A stretch of DNA of 64,000 nucleotides. Source: Dicyema japonicum (lineage: Eukaryota > Animalia > Dicyemida). The notes under the pieces are model-generated. The model searched no databases. It was not told where the DNA came from and worked only from the letters and a program-made list of their open reading frames with translations. Shown here piece by piece: positions 1 through 13,699 of this stretch (position 1 is its first letter; each line of letters opens with the position of its first letter). The translations under genes and the position numbers were made by a program. The stretch lies in contig RDEW01000001.1 of assembly GCA_011109175.1 (NCBI GenBank), forward strand, positions 446,395 through 510,394, written 5' to 3'.

Positions 1-1166
1 CCATCTGTTCAATTCCAGTCTCACTCTGTCCCTCACACAGTTTCAACATTATTTGCCGTGCAGAGGCAAGTCCCTTCGTTTTCTCCTCTAAAGCAGTCTC
101 CACCTGCTGCTTCTCATTCGTCAGTTCCACCACTGCAGTCGTCAATTGAGTCACCTTGGTCTCTGTCAACGACAGCTTCTCCAAAAGCTACAATCAGGCA
201 ACACGTTTACTTGTGCCAAATTACATCCATCTGTCGCCTCCATCTGTCGCTTTAGAGTTTCCATGGTGTTCCTGGTCACCACTAGTTTGCGGTTTGTCTC
301 CGTTATCTCCCCTTGGATCACGGAAATAAGCTTGTCTTTCTCCGCAGCTATCTCATGACCGTTAAACGCCCTGAAATTCCCCCAAATTACATACTCAGAT
401 GCCTTCAACTTCCCCTCCAACTCAGTCACTTCACTCAGTAGTCTATTCACGGCACTCTGAGCCTCCTGTTCTGCATTCTTGGCCACATTTAGCTTCTTTC
501 TTAGCTCCATTTCAACAGCCACGTGATCAGCCGCAGCCTTAGCCATGTTGATCTCTATTCGTTCAATCTCTGACTCCAAAGAGCTGATTCTCCCCCGAAA
601 TGACTCTTCCACCCCCTTAGCAGCCTTTGAGCAAAAGACGAGTTCGTCCTGAGCATTTTCCAGCCTAGCCCGGAGAGATTTTATCTCCATTTTCACTACT
701 GTGAGAAATACTGTCTACTTTTGTTGATCTCAGAGTCTCTCTCTGCCTGTTTGAATACGTGAAACTCATTAAAGACACTCTCAGACAGAATCTAGGTTAA
801 CAAGAAGGACTACCTGTTCCCATTGGTCGGTTGGGAAATGACCCAGGAGAACATTCACGGTAGACTTGATTTGGTCTAGAGAAAAATCAGACTTCTGAAG
901 AATTCGAATGATTCTGTCGAGAGACACTTAAATTTTGATTAAATAATACTTTCTTCAGCGAGCACCTTGGTTTGTGGTGTGGAATTTGTGTTTTGATTGA
1001 TCGTAGAATTTTGGTTTGTTTTTCTTTTTTTCCGCCATTTCGAATTTTGGGTCTTTTTTCCGGCGTTTTGGAACCTCTGTGAAGAGTTTTCAATAGAATA
1101 TCTTAAGTAAGTTTGACCACAACTTGAAGAAGTAATAGTAGGTAGAAACAAGCAGAAATGATCCAA
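1..1166 (-). CDS. Coiled-coil protein of unknown identity, 3' end beyond the window start; start codon uncertain
   Basis: GT-AG introns at 927-949 (23 nt), 792-813 (22), 699-718 (20) and 188-210 (23) join ORFs 939..1166 and 166..696 and the flanking exons into one open frame (EEMSLDRIIRILQKSDF...INKIVKMEIKSLRARLE...AQLLEKLSLTETKV). Heptad-rich composition; no family recognised. Confidence 0.8.
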
Positions 1167-2828
1167 TACCTAAAACAGCGAAAATTAAATTCTGGTCAAT
1201 CTGCATATGACTTGAATATTAAATATCGTAAACTAAAATTGTAACAATGTAGGTTAACCAACAAAAATATTATTTTAAAATTTAATTATTTTTAATTAAA
1301 ATAAATATTATGTCAATTACAATTTTTATTTTAATAATCGTTTTAATCATCATTATATTGAGTCAGTAAATGACCACAACTAATTGATGGTTTGTGGTGA
1401 GTCATATTTGATTACGCTGTTATAAATTTTCAGAAATTTGATAGTCATTTTATCAGCTTTACTTAGATAATTATCTTAAAATTCCTTCGCATGGCACATA
1501 ATAGATGAGGTTGTCTTTAATTCTTATTACCTCTTATAGCACACATCTTGTTGGTCAATGTGAGATTACGGTGGATCATTATTATATCTTGACATTTATA
1601 TGCTTGTCTTATTGATTTACCTAGTTATAATGTGCAATATTGCCCATGGTCTATTTTGCGGCAGAAACCCATTATGGTGGGGAATTAGTTTTAACACGTT
1701 CTTTGTTAATCAATATTGCACATTTACTGGAATATTAAAGACAATGATTAAGCTTAATAGTGACTCATTTGCATTAATGTTTTTATCTTAAGGTTATAAC
1801 AATTGGTCTCAGAGTATATAGACTGCACTAAGATATGGTCAATAGTCTGGAGTACATATCCTTTGAAATGATATTATTACTAAAATAAATAATAAATCTT
1901 AATATGTCACAGATTGTACAATATTAATTATGTTTTCTGCCAATTCAACTAAATGTATATTACTTTGTCCTCTGGGAGCATTCACTTTGGTTACTACTTT
2001 TCTGTTAGAAAATAATGATTAACATGGCATCATGCGGTTGGCCAATCCATAAAAGTGCAGGAAGCATTCAAAATTCAACTAATCCATTTTGCAAGATAGC
2101 CATTTAATAGGATACACGGCGATTATCTTGCTACTTGGTGTTGGCACTGGTCCCAAAACATATTTCCTTGGTCGAAACAAAAACACAAGAAAACTCTCAA
2201 TTAACGTCCCCCTTCACTGGTTATGGTTATAACAAATAAATTTGGTGGTCATTTCACTAATCCTGAATAGTCTCAAATACGAAGATACCCTTCGCCGGTT
2301 AAAAAAAGTGAGAAAGTTTCTATTTGGATATCCAATGAAAATACAAAATGGATAATATGTGTTCCACCTTGTTAATGCCCAACAATAAAAGCCAGAGTTT
2401 AAAGTCTGGAGCTATAAATAGACTCGAATCCTTTCTGCTTGAACGAAAATCATTTCAAAACATAAAATACATTTCTGACAAATTGGTTAAGATTTGAAAA
2501 GTTGTTCGGATCCTCAATTGGAATTTTCTGTCTCTATCATCAGCTTGTTCCCGCGAACTAATAGAGTCTCCCCAAGTGATCAAGTTCTTGAGAGAGGTAA
2601 AATTCTAAAGGACTGTAAAAAGCAGAAGGTTGTAGGCTATATATATAGAGATATTAATTAGAGTGAGAGACAAATGAAAGCTCGATATTCGTCTTTCTCT
2701 TCACAATATTTTACGTCCCCTTTGTGTCCAATCAGCAATCATAGCGTTTTTTAGGAATTCAAAAAATTTGGATTTCACTTATACAGTTTTTTAGTTTATG
2801 TCCTTCACCTATCAGCCGACTTTTTGAA

Positions 2829-4720
2829 TGTTATGTTATCCAAATTAAGTCGTGTCCGACCTTTGGAGATCTCATGAGCCAATTTTCTCCACTCTCCCCG
2901 ATCCGTCGCAATTTGGAGTGGCCTTGATATAGGCATTCCTGTGACGTCTTCTACCGTGGATAGCCACCGAGTCCTCGGTCGACCAGGCCTTCTTTTCTCA
3001 GTAATATTGCTCAGCATAATAGTTCTTTCCACGGAGTCAGAGCGTACAACATGCCCAAAGAACACCAATCTGTGTTTTACGATTCTTCCTTCTAGCGAAA
3101 TGTCCGTCTCCACCTGTTTGATTACATCGGTGTTTGTTATTTTGGAAGTCCAAATAAACACCTCCAGCATTAAAGTTCAAAAGCATCAATTTTTCGTCTA
3201 TCCGCCTATTTCAGTATCCATGATTCTGCGCCGTATAGAAAAAACCGAAAACACGATTGCGTTAACCAGTCTGCATTTGGTCCATAAGCAAAAATTCTAT
3301 TCATTCTCAGAAAGGCGCCCCCTCTCCGTCTCATGGCAATTCGCCTCTTAATTTCCAAGCCTCTGTCACCATTCCGATTAATTAGACATCCCAGAAAGAC
3401 AACATTATCGGAACTCTCTATTGTCTCATTCTCAATTTTTAGTTCCATTATTCCATTATTACCAGTCGTCATAATTTTGGTCTTCTTGATATTTAACAAT
3501 AAACAAAGACGGTGCTCTCTTCTCTGAATCTTAGAATTAACTCCCTGAGGCCATCCTCTGTTTCAGCCAGTAAGGTTGTATCGTCAGCATAGCGCAATGG
3601 AGAATGTCTTTCTCCATAATCCACCGGACATTTGCTATATGGTCACGTGTGCCTCGTCCCTTCCTGAAACCTGCTTGGACATCAGGTAGAATCATTTTGG
3701 CATTTGGCATTAGACGATGTTGTATTATCTTTATAAGTATTTTGCTGACGTGGGGAATTAAGGCTATTGTACGATAGTTTGAACAGTCCTTGCTATCCCC
3801 TTTTTTCGGAATTGGAATAAATATAGATCTTTTCTATTCGCGTAGCCAAATACCAATTTCCCAAATTTTTTGACATAGACTGGTGATAGCTGTCACCGGT
3901 ATAGTAGTCTTCTTCATCCTTCCTAGATGCCATTTTGAATTCAGAGTTAAGTTTTCTTATCTCGTCTATATTCCCAGAGACTTTAGCAGCTTTACAAGCC
4001 TCAGCAATGTTTAGGGTGTTGACAGAGAGCTACTCAGAGCACTTGGCCGGCGTTTTGTATTTGACATGTTTTATTGCAGCCTTCATGATAACTGCATATC
4101 ATTCCATTATTCATCAGACATCTTCCGTTCAAATCCAGTAATCCAATATTGTGCTTAAATTCCATTGCCTATGCTGATGGTATGTTTGAGACATCGAATT
4201 TCTTTACTCGAGAGGTATTCAAATTGTTACTGAATTTCGTCCTAATTTTCGCAACAAGTAGCTGATAGTCTGTTTGCTTCTGGAGATGTTTTGAAGGCTG
4301 TTGTAAAGCTTTTCCAGCGTTTGGCGCACAAAATATAATCAATCTGGTTCTAGACATTCCATTAGGCGAGGTCCAAATATATAATCGTCGTTTGTGCCAT
4401 TTGAACCATGTGTTAGTTATCTGAAATCCATTTTCCTGACAGAATTGGACCAGTCGTTCCCCAGCATCATTTCTTTTCCCAAAACCAAAACTTCCACAAT
4501 ATCCGTATGTGGAATACATTCAACTTTTGAATTGAAATTCTTCATTATGTGGATTATGTCATTTTTTGGTAATGGGAGACACCCCCATTTGCTTACTTCA
4601 CAATCCTCTGATTTATCAACTGACAGCTTTAATGCCACTCCATCCTATATGAGTACAAGGATTGTTTGTCTCCATTCACATTAACAAAGCATTCGATAAA
4701 AACTTGTCATTGGAAAGATT
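2829..4720 (-). mobile_element. RTE-clade non-LTR retrotransposon, degenerate (endonuclease, RT remnant and C-terminus)
   Basis: Endonuclease motif GFGKRNDAGERLVQFCQEN..ITNTWF; RT-region LNIKKTKIM and YADD-like remnant near 3590; C-terminal FFGHVVR...RRPGRPRTRW; 3' tail of TAACA units at ~2829-2839. Confidence 0.9.
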
Positions 4721-4849
4721 TTTGACACAAAATACACCCAAACTTGAAAATATTGTTGGATAATTTTCTCTCTTGAAGAGTTATCTGAGGGCATCTTAAA
4801 TCAAGATAACGACTACTAACAAACTGAGTACCCCATGGTTCTCAACTCT

Positions 4850-5150
4850 TTCCAAATCTTTTCAACCTATTCCTTCATGACCTACCATCTGACATGACGA
4901 GGACTTTTATCATACGCAATTGATTCGATCATCACAACACACAATTCATACTTCTAATGCCCAGATGAAAGTGAATATTATCCAGGATTGGTTGATTCCC
5001 AACCGCCTTACGACTTCAGCCACAATATACTTTATTCACTACAGACTGTCATTCCAGAGAATAACAGGAAATTTTTATTGGCTCTGTTCAGATACCTCAA
5101 TTCTTGGAGTAACATTCGACAGATTGTTAAATTTCAATTTGTTTTTCACG
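4850..5150 (+). mobile_element. Decayed RT fragment of the Ingi/Vingi-like family
   Basis: ILGVTFDRLLNF motif in ORF 4920..5219 and a YA.D-like remnant near 4910. Confidence 0.5.
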
Positions 5151-6462
5151 CCTGAAGGGCCTCCTCGTAACATTAATTGTGGTTTTGTTCTCATTAATCG
5201 ATATTATATATTTTATTAGTCTTCTTTCTATTGTTTGACCTCGTTCTTATTCGAAATTATTTTTTTCTCAAAATCGACTACTATATTTTCATGCCTATTT
5301 TCTATATCGATTAATTGACTCGGTTCTACGATAGCATCCTCCACCCTTAGTTTAACGAACCTGTTCTTGACTCGTTAATATGTAGTTGGACGATTGATAT
5401 TGGTTTTGCTTCCCGTCCTTCCAATTCTGTTTGAAACAAATAATTTTATTATTCCGTGATTAGCATAAACAACATCAAATTTTTAAAGAAATTAATTAAA
5501 TTACTAATCACAGTTAGCTAACAGCAATCTGGGATCATTAGGAAGCACATCCCAAAAACCTACTTTAACGTTGAATTCTAGTGATTCAGGGAAAACAGAG
5601 ATCTCGAACTTGTTTTTTCAGAGATAAATGATGTACACTGCGTATGTGTTTTTGATGCTCATTGGGAGTAACGATTATGAAATGCTGACATAGTCTTGCT
5701 CCAGTATTTTGCTATCTTCCCGTATGTCGTGAGTGAATACGAAATTGTGAAATCTTTCATCCAGATGCGATCAATTGGCAAACATGAGATTTTCCACCGT
5801 ATCCTTTAGGAGGAATAAAGGATCCTAAGGATGCGCCTGTGGTTAGTGGGTTGAGTAGTGGGAAGGCTTATTGCAATAGAGGTCCTCACCAATCCAACTT
5901 TCTGACCAATTAAACAGTTGTCTAATGGTCAATTAACCACTAATGTTTTGAGGCGATCACTGAATAAGCGTTATCGTCTCCCAGTGAGATAGTTAGTTAA
6001 GTAACCCCGGTCTCACTAACTTTTAGGAAAGGCTATTAAGTAGGATACAGCAAATGCCGGTCGCTCGCATAGATCTGTCAACTTTGGCGTGGTAGACGAA
6101 CAGTTTATAAGTTAAGAACATTCAAAAAAGTGATTTATTGTCAACTCTAAGAGGTTGAAAAAGGAACAGAGGACATCTTTTATATCAAACAGTATATGTG
6201 TGTATGTCGGAAAAGGGAGGTGGTGTACAAATCGTAGACGAGCCAGGTTGACAGAATGAATGCCCTGACTTAGGTTTCAGTGTATATGGACAATATGAGT
6301 AGGTTTTAAGTTATATATCTAATCTCCTATTCATTGTATATAGTTCGAGAGGAGATCATTTGCTCATTTAAAAGTGCTCTTGTGTTTGGAATGATGGTCA
6401 TTTACTCATAGATGGAAACCTCTCCTCTTCGTTTTTGATCGAATACGTCACACTCAATATTA

Positions 6463-7270
6463 TTATTATTATTACCCCCAGGATCACTGGGTCAAAGAGA
6501 AAGAAATAAAAGTTCTCATCTAACTAAGTGATCCCAGACCGACAAAGGTGAGGTCGAGAATCCTGAACACCTCTTCTCATTGGACATGGCATCGGCTCAA
6601 AATTTCTGTATGATTGTAGATAATTCGATAGTATTTGGAATAGAGGGCAGCTCGGTAGATTAGCCTCCTTTAATAGTTTCCGTTGTAGTTCGATTAAAAA
6701 GTTTTCAATGGGTTGGATATTGTGCTCTGGTCCAATTAACTTTATTGCAGTCTCCTCGATTGCGGATAATTTCAATGAGAAAGATCGTGACATCTGCATT
6801 TCCCATGAAGGACTTGCATACGTCATCGTTGGTCGGATAAATTGTTTGTATATCGTGGCAAGGATCCCAGTTTGATCTCTAAATATTTTTGAGAGCACTT
6901 TTAAAAATTCTCATTTTTTTCAGAGCAGAAGTTATTTTGTTTTCAACATGTCGGATATAGGTGAGTCCCTGATCAAAGGTTACTCCCAGAATCTTTGGTG
7001 TTTTGTTAATAGAGATAGCTTCGTTCTTCATAAAGACTTTGTTCGATACAGAGCTGTCTCTTATAGGTGGTAAACAGTGTGACAAAGGACTTTGCTGCTG
7101 ATGTGTCGAGTCTCCGCTTCGAGAGCCATAGTTCAAGGTTGTCGAGCATTTGTTGAGCGGACTCACAATAAGAAAAATCCTTCAATTTGTGGTATCTGAA
7201 AGATTTTATAATCAGTGATCCCAGTTACGCCCTGCTGGACGACCTTCTTCTTTCCTTATCCCCTACGTGA
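6463..7270 (-). mobile_element. Ingi/Vingi-like non-LTR element, 3' portion with (TAA)n tail
   Basis: KILGVTFDQGLTYIRHV and YKQFIRPTMTYASPSW motifs; the 3' end is a near copy of 31500-31700; plus strand shows (ATT)n at 6463-6475. Confidence 0.85.
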
Positions 7271-7679
7271 GTTAGTCTAAAACTGAATTAATTAAAATCT
7301 TAATGGTTGAGGGGCTCTCTGTCTTCATTACCTAAGAATTGGATAGATTGGTGCCTGATTCCGAGTTGGCCTGATTTTTTTGATGTTCCCTTTGGTGATG
7401 GTATTCTAATGAGTGCTCTATCTATTAAAGAATCTTAATTCGATTTCCCGGAGACTTAAGCGTATTATGCCTATGTTGAGGTTTTTCGCGGCAATGCTCG
7501 CAGTTTATTCGAAGCTGAAGTCTGATTTGTTTTTGTTGACAGAATTTAATCATGAAATTGAATCTAACATAAATAAAATTAAGTTTAATCTAGGGAACTT
7601 AAATGAACAGGCTATGCTGGGATAACGTGATTAGCTAGTTTGGTCTCGAATTGTTTTATTTTCATCATTTATGACAATA

Positions 7680-9400
7680 GCTATCGAAATGTGCTTTCAT
7701 CTTCGTTAATGCACGTCCGCGTTGCCAGTAAACAGTGTTTATGGTTTCTCCATCCCTTTTGTCGTCTTGCTCGCCATCTTCTGTATCCATCAATCTGCCC
7801 TCGATCACAGCATAATGTGTCATGGAAAGATAAACTCTTGGACGTCCTCTGAATTTAGAAAATTCAGTATGACCTAAAAATTCTTTCATGGCGAAAGAGT
7901 GTTTCTTCACCCATCCGTAGAATATGTCCAAAATGGCACAACGGGCGTCAAGTACGATCAGACTTATTTGGTACACAATTAGTCAGTCTGTATAATTTAT
8001 TGTTTTAGATTTTATTTAGGCAAGAGTATCCAAGAAGTTTTCTCAGTTGGCCTCTGTGAAATGAGTCGAGTTGTTCCATATCTTTCTTGATGTTCCCAGG
8101 TACCTGCATTGTACATGAAAACTGGTCGGAGAAATCCATTATATAAGCGTTACCTCATCTTAGCAGGGATTTGATTATTTCTCACCCAAATGGATTGTAA
8201 TTTTTTAGTGCTAATATCTTTCGCCGTTCTGAATCGCCAAGTAGAGATCTGAGTTTTCGGGTGTTCCTCCACTTATCAACGCGGGTAGGCATTCTTTCAA
8301 TAGTGGTTATTTCAGTTTTATCTTCATTGACTTTGAGAGACCATTTATTCGAGATTGTTTTCGCTTACTCCATAATAACATCTATAAATTCCCGATCTTC
8401 CGCGACGAAATCGACATCATCCGCCTAAATGAGTTCCATAAAGTGGTTGTCTAGACTTCCAATTTGTTATCTTAGATCTCTCAAAGCTACCTCCAGGTAG
8501 ATGATAAATAATACAGGTGATAGAGTGTCCCTTTGTATGGTTCCAAAATTGGTAGAAAATGGTCTAGACTCCTTAGAGCCTGACGAGTAGCTAAGTTTCA
8601 GATAATAGGATATGTATCATGCGCAGTCTGTTTTCTTCTATAACGTCTTTCATCAAAGTAATTTACTCCTGTTGATGCTGTCAAAAGCCTTTCTCATGTC
8701 GATTCCCAGGAAATGAATAGATCGATTGTACTTCTAACATATTGCAATCATCCAGCGATAGCTCCAGGCAACATCACCGTGGATCTTTCATGCCTAAAAC
8801 CACTGACCGCAAGAAAGATATCGACCGATGTTGATATACAGCCTCGAACAATAGTCGATAGAGTTTTTCTTAGATTGGTGACTAGCACAATAGGTCCTAA
8901 GCTTCGGAAGGGTCCCCGTCGTTTGCCCGATTTATGAACGGGTATTAATATCCCGGAACCTATTGGAAGCGGGTAGTGTAACGCAAAAGTCTTGTTCAGT
9001 ATTTGTGCCTAAAAGCTCGCTAGACTACTGGGAGCGTTTTGAGTAATTTCCCTGGGACTCCGTCACATCCTGTAGCTCTGTTATTGTTCATATGGTGGAA
9101 TGCTTCTAGGAACTCAGAATGTGTTACTTCGTTTGACAAGCTCAGTGGATGCCCAATAAATGTAGATGTATAGGTATCATCTGTTTGAAATTGTTTCTAA
9201 AGTTGTCAGCAAATTGTGAGGCTTTTTGTCTCTTAAAGACAGCCTACATCAACTCCGTAACGACCAGATCCTCGCACAGGGTGTTCTGTTTCGAACTCGC
9301 AGATTTTCCTCTAACATTAAGTAAAGCGATAGTAAAAGGCCCTGATCCAATAGAACTAGAGCATGTTTGAGACATAACAAAAAGAGGCACGTGACCACCT
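7680..9400 (-). mobile_element. RTE-X-like non-LTR element, heavily frameshifted
   Basis: Remnants of NNRATGCDGVPGKLLK, LGIDMRKAFDSINR, RDTLSPVLFIIYLE, .ADDVDFV and FRGRPR, collinear with the better preserved copy at 11350-13070. Confidence 0.75.
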
Positions 9401-9546
9401 CAACCAATAATTCAATTAATCTTGAACCTAGATTCGTCACTTATTTATAATTTAAATAAAATCAATTTAAAAATATTTAAATTAATTAATTTTATATTAA
9501 TTGGGTCAGCTAATTTTAAAATAAAATTTATTCGTCGTGTATTCTG

Positions 9547-10321
9547 ATGATGTCCTTTCGTTTATTTGTTTTGATTTTACATTTTACCGCGTCTGCGACT
9601 ATAGAACTAACAGAGGACAACTGGCGACAAATACTTGAGGGAGAGTGGTTCATAAAATTGTACGAACCAAGCTAATATTTACAGATATGCGGATTACTGC
9701 CCAGCCTGTAATTCTCTTTGGTACGACTGGGTTAACCTGGATAAGGTAGGACCCGAATACGACTTTAAAACAGGACAGATTGACATTCAAAACGAATCAA
9801 GTAGTCCTCTCCATCATTCTAGAACTCGTGGTACGATTCATGGTGTCTTCCATCCCAAAAATATACCAGTTTTGTGATTTTCATTAATTTAGTGTTATTG
9901 ACGGCCAATTCAGACTATATTCTGGCCAACGAGACTCTGACTCCATGATTGACTATATCATCACTAAGAAGTGGAAGAATGAGACAAAAGTCGGCTATTT
10001 TATGTCCCCCAACTCTATTTTGTATTTTTAGAATGTTAGTTCTAGTATGGACGTGTTCACGGTGGTGGCTTCTGGAGTTGAAGTCCTAGAGGTATGATAT
10101 TTCTCAGTTTAGAATTTCCATTCTCATTATTTGGCTGATTATTGTCCATTTTATGTATTTTCTTCCGTGGTTACCTTTATGGGGTCCTTTTGCTGTTCCT
10201 GGTGCTCAATAAAGTGGGTTTGTTGTTGACTAGGTCGGTCGACTATTTGGATGAGAAGGAGACTGAGGAAGACGAGGAGGTTATTAATGATGATGGCTTT
10301 GAGATTATTGACAGTGATTGA
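9547..10321 (+). CDS. TMX1: Thioredoxin-related transmembrane protein 1-like, 212 aa, 7 exons
   Basis: Signal peptide, then IELTEDNWRQILEGEWFIKLYADYCPAC (CPAC active site), RFMVSSIPKIYHVIDGQFRLYSGQR, a hydrophobic segment and an acidic tail. Introns 9660-9684, 9801-9822, 9869-9892, 10022-10045, 10092-10112, 10214-10233; spliced length 639 nt. Confidence 0.92.
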
Positions 10322-10504
10322 TTTATTTGTTATGGTTGGTAGTATATAAGTTTTGTTATATGTTGTCTAATCTGTTAGTGAACGATATTTGAAGTATGTT
10401 GGGTGGTTCCCTGTTAATAAAATGTGGTATAACTAGATATTATTTGGGTAGTGCAGATTACAACCTTTCAAAACTATTGTCCACCTTAAAAAATTAAAAT
10501 TAAT

Positions 10505-11350
10505 TCCAAAGACCACTGTTAAACCGAAAAAAGTAACTAAGTGATCTCACGAATTGGATCAAGGCTCTCATCTTTGCTCGGTGTTGATCCCTTGAGCTTA
10601 CACAAGTTCGTTGCGGGCGAGCACTTCCTTTTTGGCATTGGTGTCCATTTTTGTTTTTTTCTATGGGAGTCGGTGATTTGATGATTTCCCCTGTATACCA
10701 TCTCTCAGTTATTTTGAAGGTCTTTTTCCGGGTTGCGGAGATTTTCTGGATGTTCGTATAAGAGGCCAGTGGTCCCCATGAAGTACATGCATATGAAATG
10801 CATGGTTCGATGTACTGTGAGAAGAGCGTTTTAAGTATAGGGTGATGTCCAATTTTCCATAGACCTGTTAGGCATTTCAGAAGGTAGATTTTCTTCTATA
10901 TTTGTTCAGCTCGTTAGTGACGTGTCTTGAAAAGTTCATGTGCGTATCGAAAGTCAGACCCAATATTTTTTGCCATTTGCTGAACGCCAATGCTCGTCCC
11001 TCCACAGTAACTTTTATTGTCCTGTTCGACAATCTTTTGTCTGAGGTATAGAGAGTTGTAACAGATTTTTCGGTATCGATTGACATCCGATTTTCATTGA
11101 ACCACTCGAGTAGTCGATCCATGTGGTGTTGTATTCTTTCCGTCGCTGTTTGGATGTTCTGATCCTGTGAGGATGAGACGATATCATCCGCATAAGCCAG
11201 AAGTAGGTCGTCTTCTCCATTCGGCGTCGGAATGGCATTCGTAAATAAATTGAATAGAAATGGTGATAGCGGCGAACCCTGGGGTACTCCATTCGGTAAT
11301 AAACGGGAGACAAAATGAATGTTTCCAATGCACACTCTACCTCTTCGTCC
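10505..11350 (-). mobile_element. Ingi/Vingi-like non-LTR element, RT to 3' end, 5'-truncated
   Basis: ORF 10877..11335 has GVPQGSPLSPFLFNLF, YADD and KILGLTFDTHMNFSRHV; family 3' motif GAGATCACTTAG. Confidence 0.9.
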
Positions 11351-13070
11351 GCCAGCGTTTGAGGTTTTCAGGGATATCTGATTGATAAATCAATGACATC
11401 CTAGGCATAATAATAATCGATGAAAAGGACAAAGCAGCTACTATATCTGCTTATTACTATCATATGCTCAACTGGGACAACGAAATAGGCTATAAATTTG
11501 GTGCACAAGTCAAGCATGGTTTGGACATCCCAATAAACACACAAGAAACACTGGATGCAATTAAAAAATTGAAAAATGACAGATCGGCAGGACCAGAGAA
11601 TATCCCAGCCGAACTTATAAAGTATGCCCCAGTGAAGTTGGTAACAATCATTACCAATATACTCAACAAAATATTTGAAGAAAACACAACGTTAGACATT
11701 GGCAAGGGTTGGTTAATTCCACTGCAAAAACCGGGAAAATCCAAAGGGCCCCTTTCCAACCTAAGACCAATCATCCTACTAACTACGCTGCGAAAAATCT
11801 TGTCAATTACATTGGAAAGAATCAAAGACAAGGTGGAGTATTTTCTGTCACCAGGACAAAGTGGTTTCCGGTTAGACAGATCCACTGCCGATGTCATTTG
11901 GACACACAGATGGTCAAGTGCTCTATGCCAAAAATATAAAAAGTGCATAGATGTTCTCGGAATAGACATGTCCAGAGCGTTTGACTCAGTTCATAGAGGC
12001 AAACTTCTTGAAGTACTCACAAGCTTCCTAACAACGGATGATGTCAAAATTATACAAAAACTACTGCAGAATACGCAACTAGCAACCAAACTCGGAAAAA
12101 CTACTTCAGAATTCTTTTATACTTCACGTGGAATTCCGCAAGGAGACTCTTTGTCACCAGTTCTATTCATAATCTACCTGGAGGCTGCACTGAGAGATTT
12201 CAGGCCTTTAATTGAGAACAACAAAATAATCGAGTTAATATATGCAGACGATCTTGACTTTGTTTCTGAAGATGTTGAAATTCTTCATCACGTTCTCAAG
12301 AACTTACCAAATGATTTTCTAAATGGTTCTTTGTTGTCAACCAAGACAAAACTGAATATACAAAACTTGTACGAGTTGTACGCACTTACGATGAATCATG
12401 GAAAAGGCATAAAAAAGTTGGTTCACTACTTGGAGACTCAGAAGATGTTACCCACAGAAAAATCCTTTCCACTGCTGCATATAAAAAATTCTTAACTATC
12501 TGGCGTTCTAAGAAGAGCATAACTACGAATACAAAGCTAAAATTGTATAAAACATTCGTGGTTCCAGTCCTGACATACAACTGTGGGACATGGGGGATTA
12601 CGAAACGGGAAATGGACAATCTGGATCAATTTCATAGAAATCAACTAAGAAACATCTTGAGAATACATTTCCCGAAAAAGATATCAAATTCAGAACTGTA
12701 CAAAAGATGTGGCTTAAGGCCATTATCAGAGGAGATTCTCAAGGCTAGGTGGAGACTTTTTGGTCACATCTTACGAATGGATATGTTGACTCCACCAAAC
12801 ATTGCAATGGAGAACTATTTCGCACAACTGAAGGGATCATTCCGTGGCAGGCCTAGAGTGACGTTGCCTTCAGTACTAAATGATGACCTTATCCGAATAA
12901 ACAAAACTCTACGAAATGGTGAAGATCTTGACTCACTACGAGCAATGGCCCGGAACAGGAGAACATGGAAAAGGATGTGTGGGAGGATACTGGACGTGGC
13001 ACAAGGGGAACTTAATTAATCTAATTAATTTTTGATTTCCCGGGAGTGCTTAAAAAAATAAAATAAAAAA
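11350..13070 (+). mobile_element. RTE-X-like non-LTR element, RT and C-terminus, 5'-truncated
   Basis: ORFs 11464..12495 (LRPIILLTTLRKILS, QSGFR, GIDMSRAFDSV, GIPQGDSLSP, YADD) and 12543..13019 (RWRLFGHILR, RGRPRVTLP). Clade assigned by motif recognition only. Confidence 0.9.
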
Positions 13071-13129
13071 ATAGCGGTAAACCTAGATTTCTAGCGTGAG
13101 TTATAGCATGGAAGATTATTTTGTTGCAA

Positions 13130-13690
13130 TGGCTTCTTACAAGGGTTTAGTGAAAGATTGAGTTGAATATCAAACTTTAAAAGATGCTTTGCATAATCAA
13201 TTTCCCGAAAATCTTCCGAGGCACCGAAAATATAGGCTTGTAAAGAAGATAGAGAATTTTTCCATTATCAATGACAGGTATTGTAAATTTGCAATAATTT
13301 TAGACTGTATCTTAAATCAACTGATTCCAAGTTAGTCATATCCCTGGATAATGAAACCAAATGGAGCATGTTGAGAAATCGTTGCACGAGTTTTCACACG
13401 AAGGAGTCAATAAAATTGAGTAGAATGTCGACAAAGATACTTAACTGTAAAGAATGAGATTATCAGAAAAGTCATTCGAAATTGTGAAGTCTGCAAATTT
13501 TCGCGTCCTTTAAAAGTTCGTGATTTTTTATAATTGTAGATTGGAGATAAAAATCACCATGTGTTTGCTTCTCCAAATGAACGTTTTCAGGTAGATCTAA
13601 TAGACCTGAAAAAATTTTCAACATTAAATGAAAATTTCAAATGGATTTTAACGGTCATTGACATATATAGTAGGTTGGTTTTTTTTAATT
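13130..13690 (+). mobile_element. Integrase-type (Ginger/GIN-like) transposase fragment
   Basis: HEFSHEGVNKI...VIRNCEVCK zinc-binding motif followed by PNERFQVDLIDLKKFSTLNENFKWILTVIDIYSR (start of the rve core); interrupted at ~13700 by an RTE-X-like copy; no RT or LTR adjacent. Confidence 0.7.
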
Positions 13691-13699
13691 TATAGATTC

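Noticed and set aside
1600-2230. Hydrophobic ORF pieces faintly resembling class A GPCR or opsin helices (YCTFTGILKTM, IWSIVWSTYPL)
   Set aside because: No splice model removes the stops and no DRY/ERY or NPxxY motif was found.
5800-6330. Possible solo LTR on the minus strand (TATAAAA followed by AATAAA)
   Set aside because: No TG...CA termini, duplication, primer-binding site or second copy; both motifs are common in AT-rich DNA.
7665-7976. ORF that first looked like an integrase zinc-binding region
   Set aside because: It contains FRGRPR and is better explained as the frameshifted C-terminus of the adjacent RTE-X-like element.
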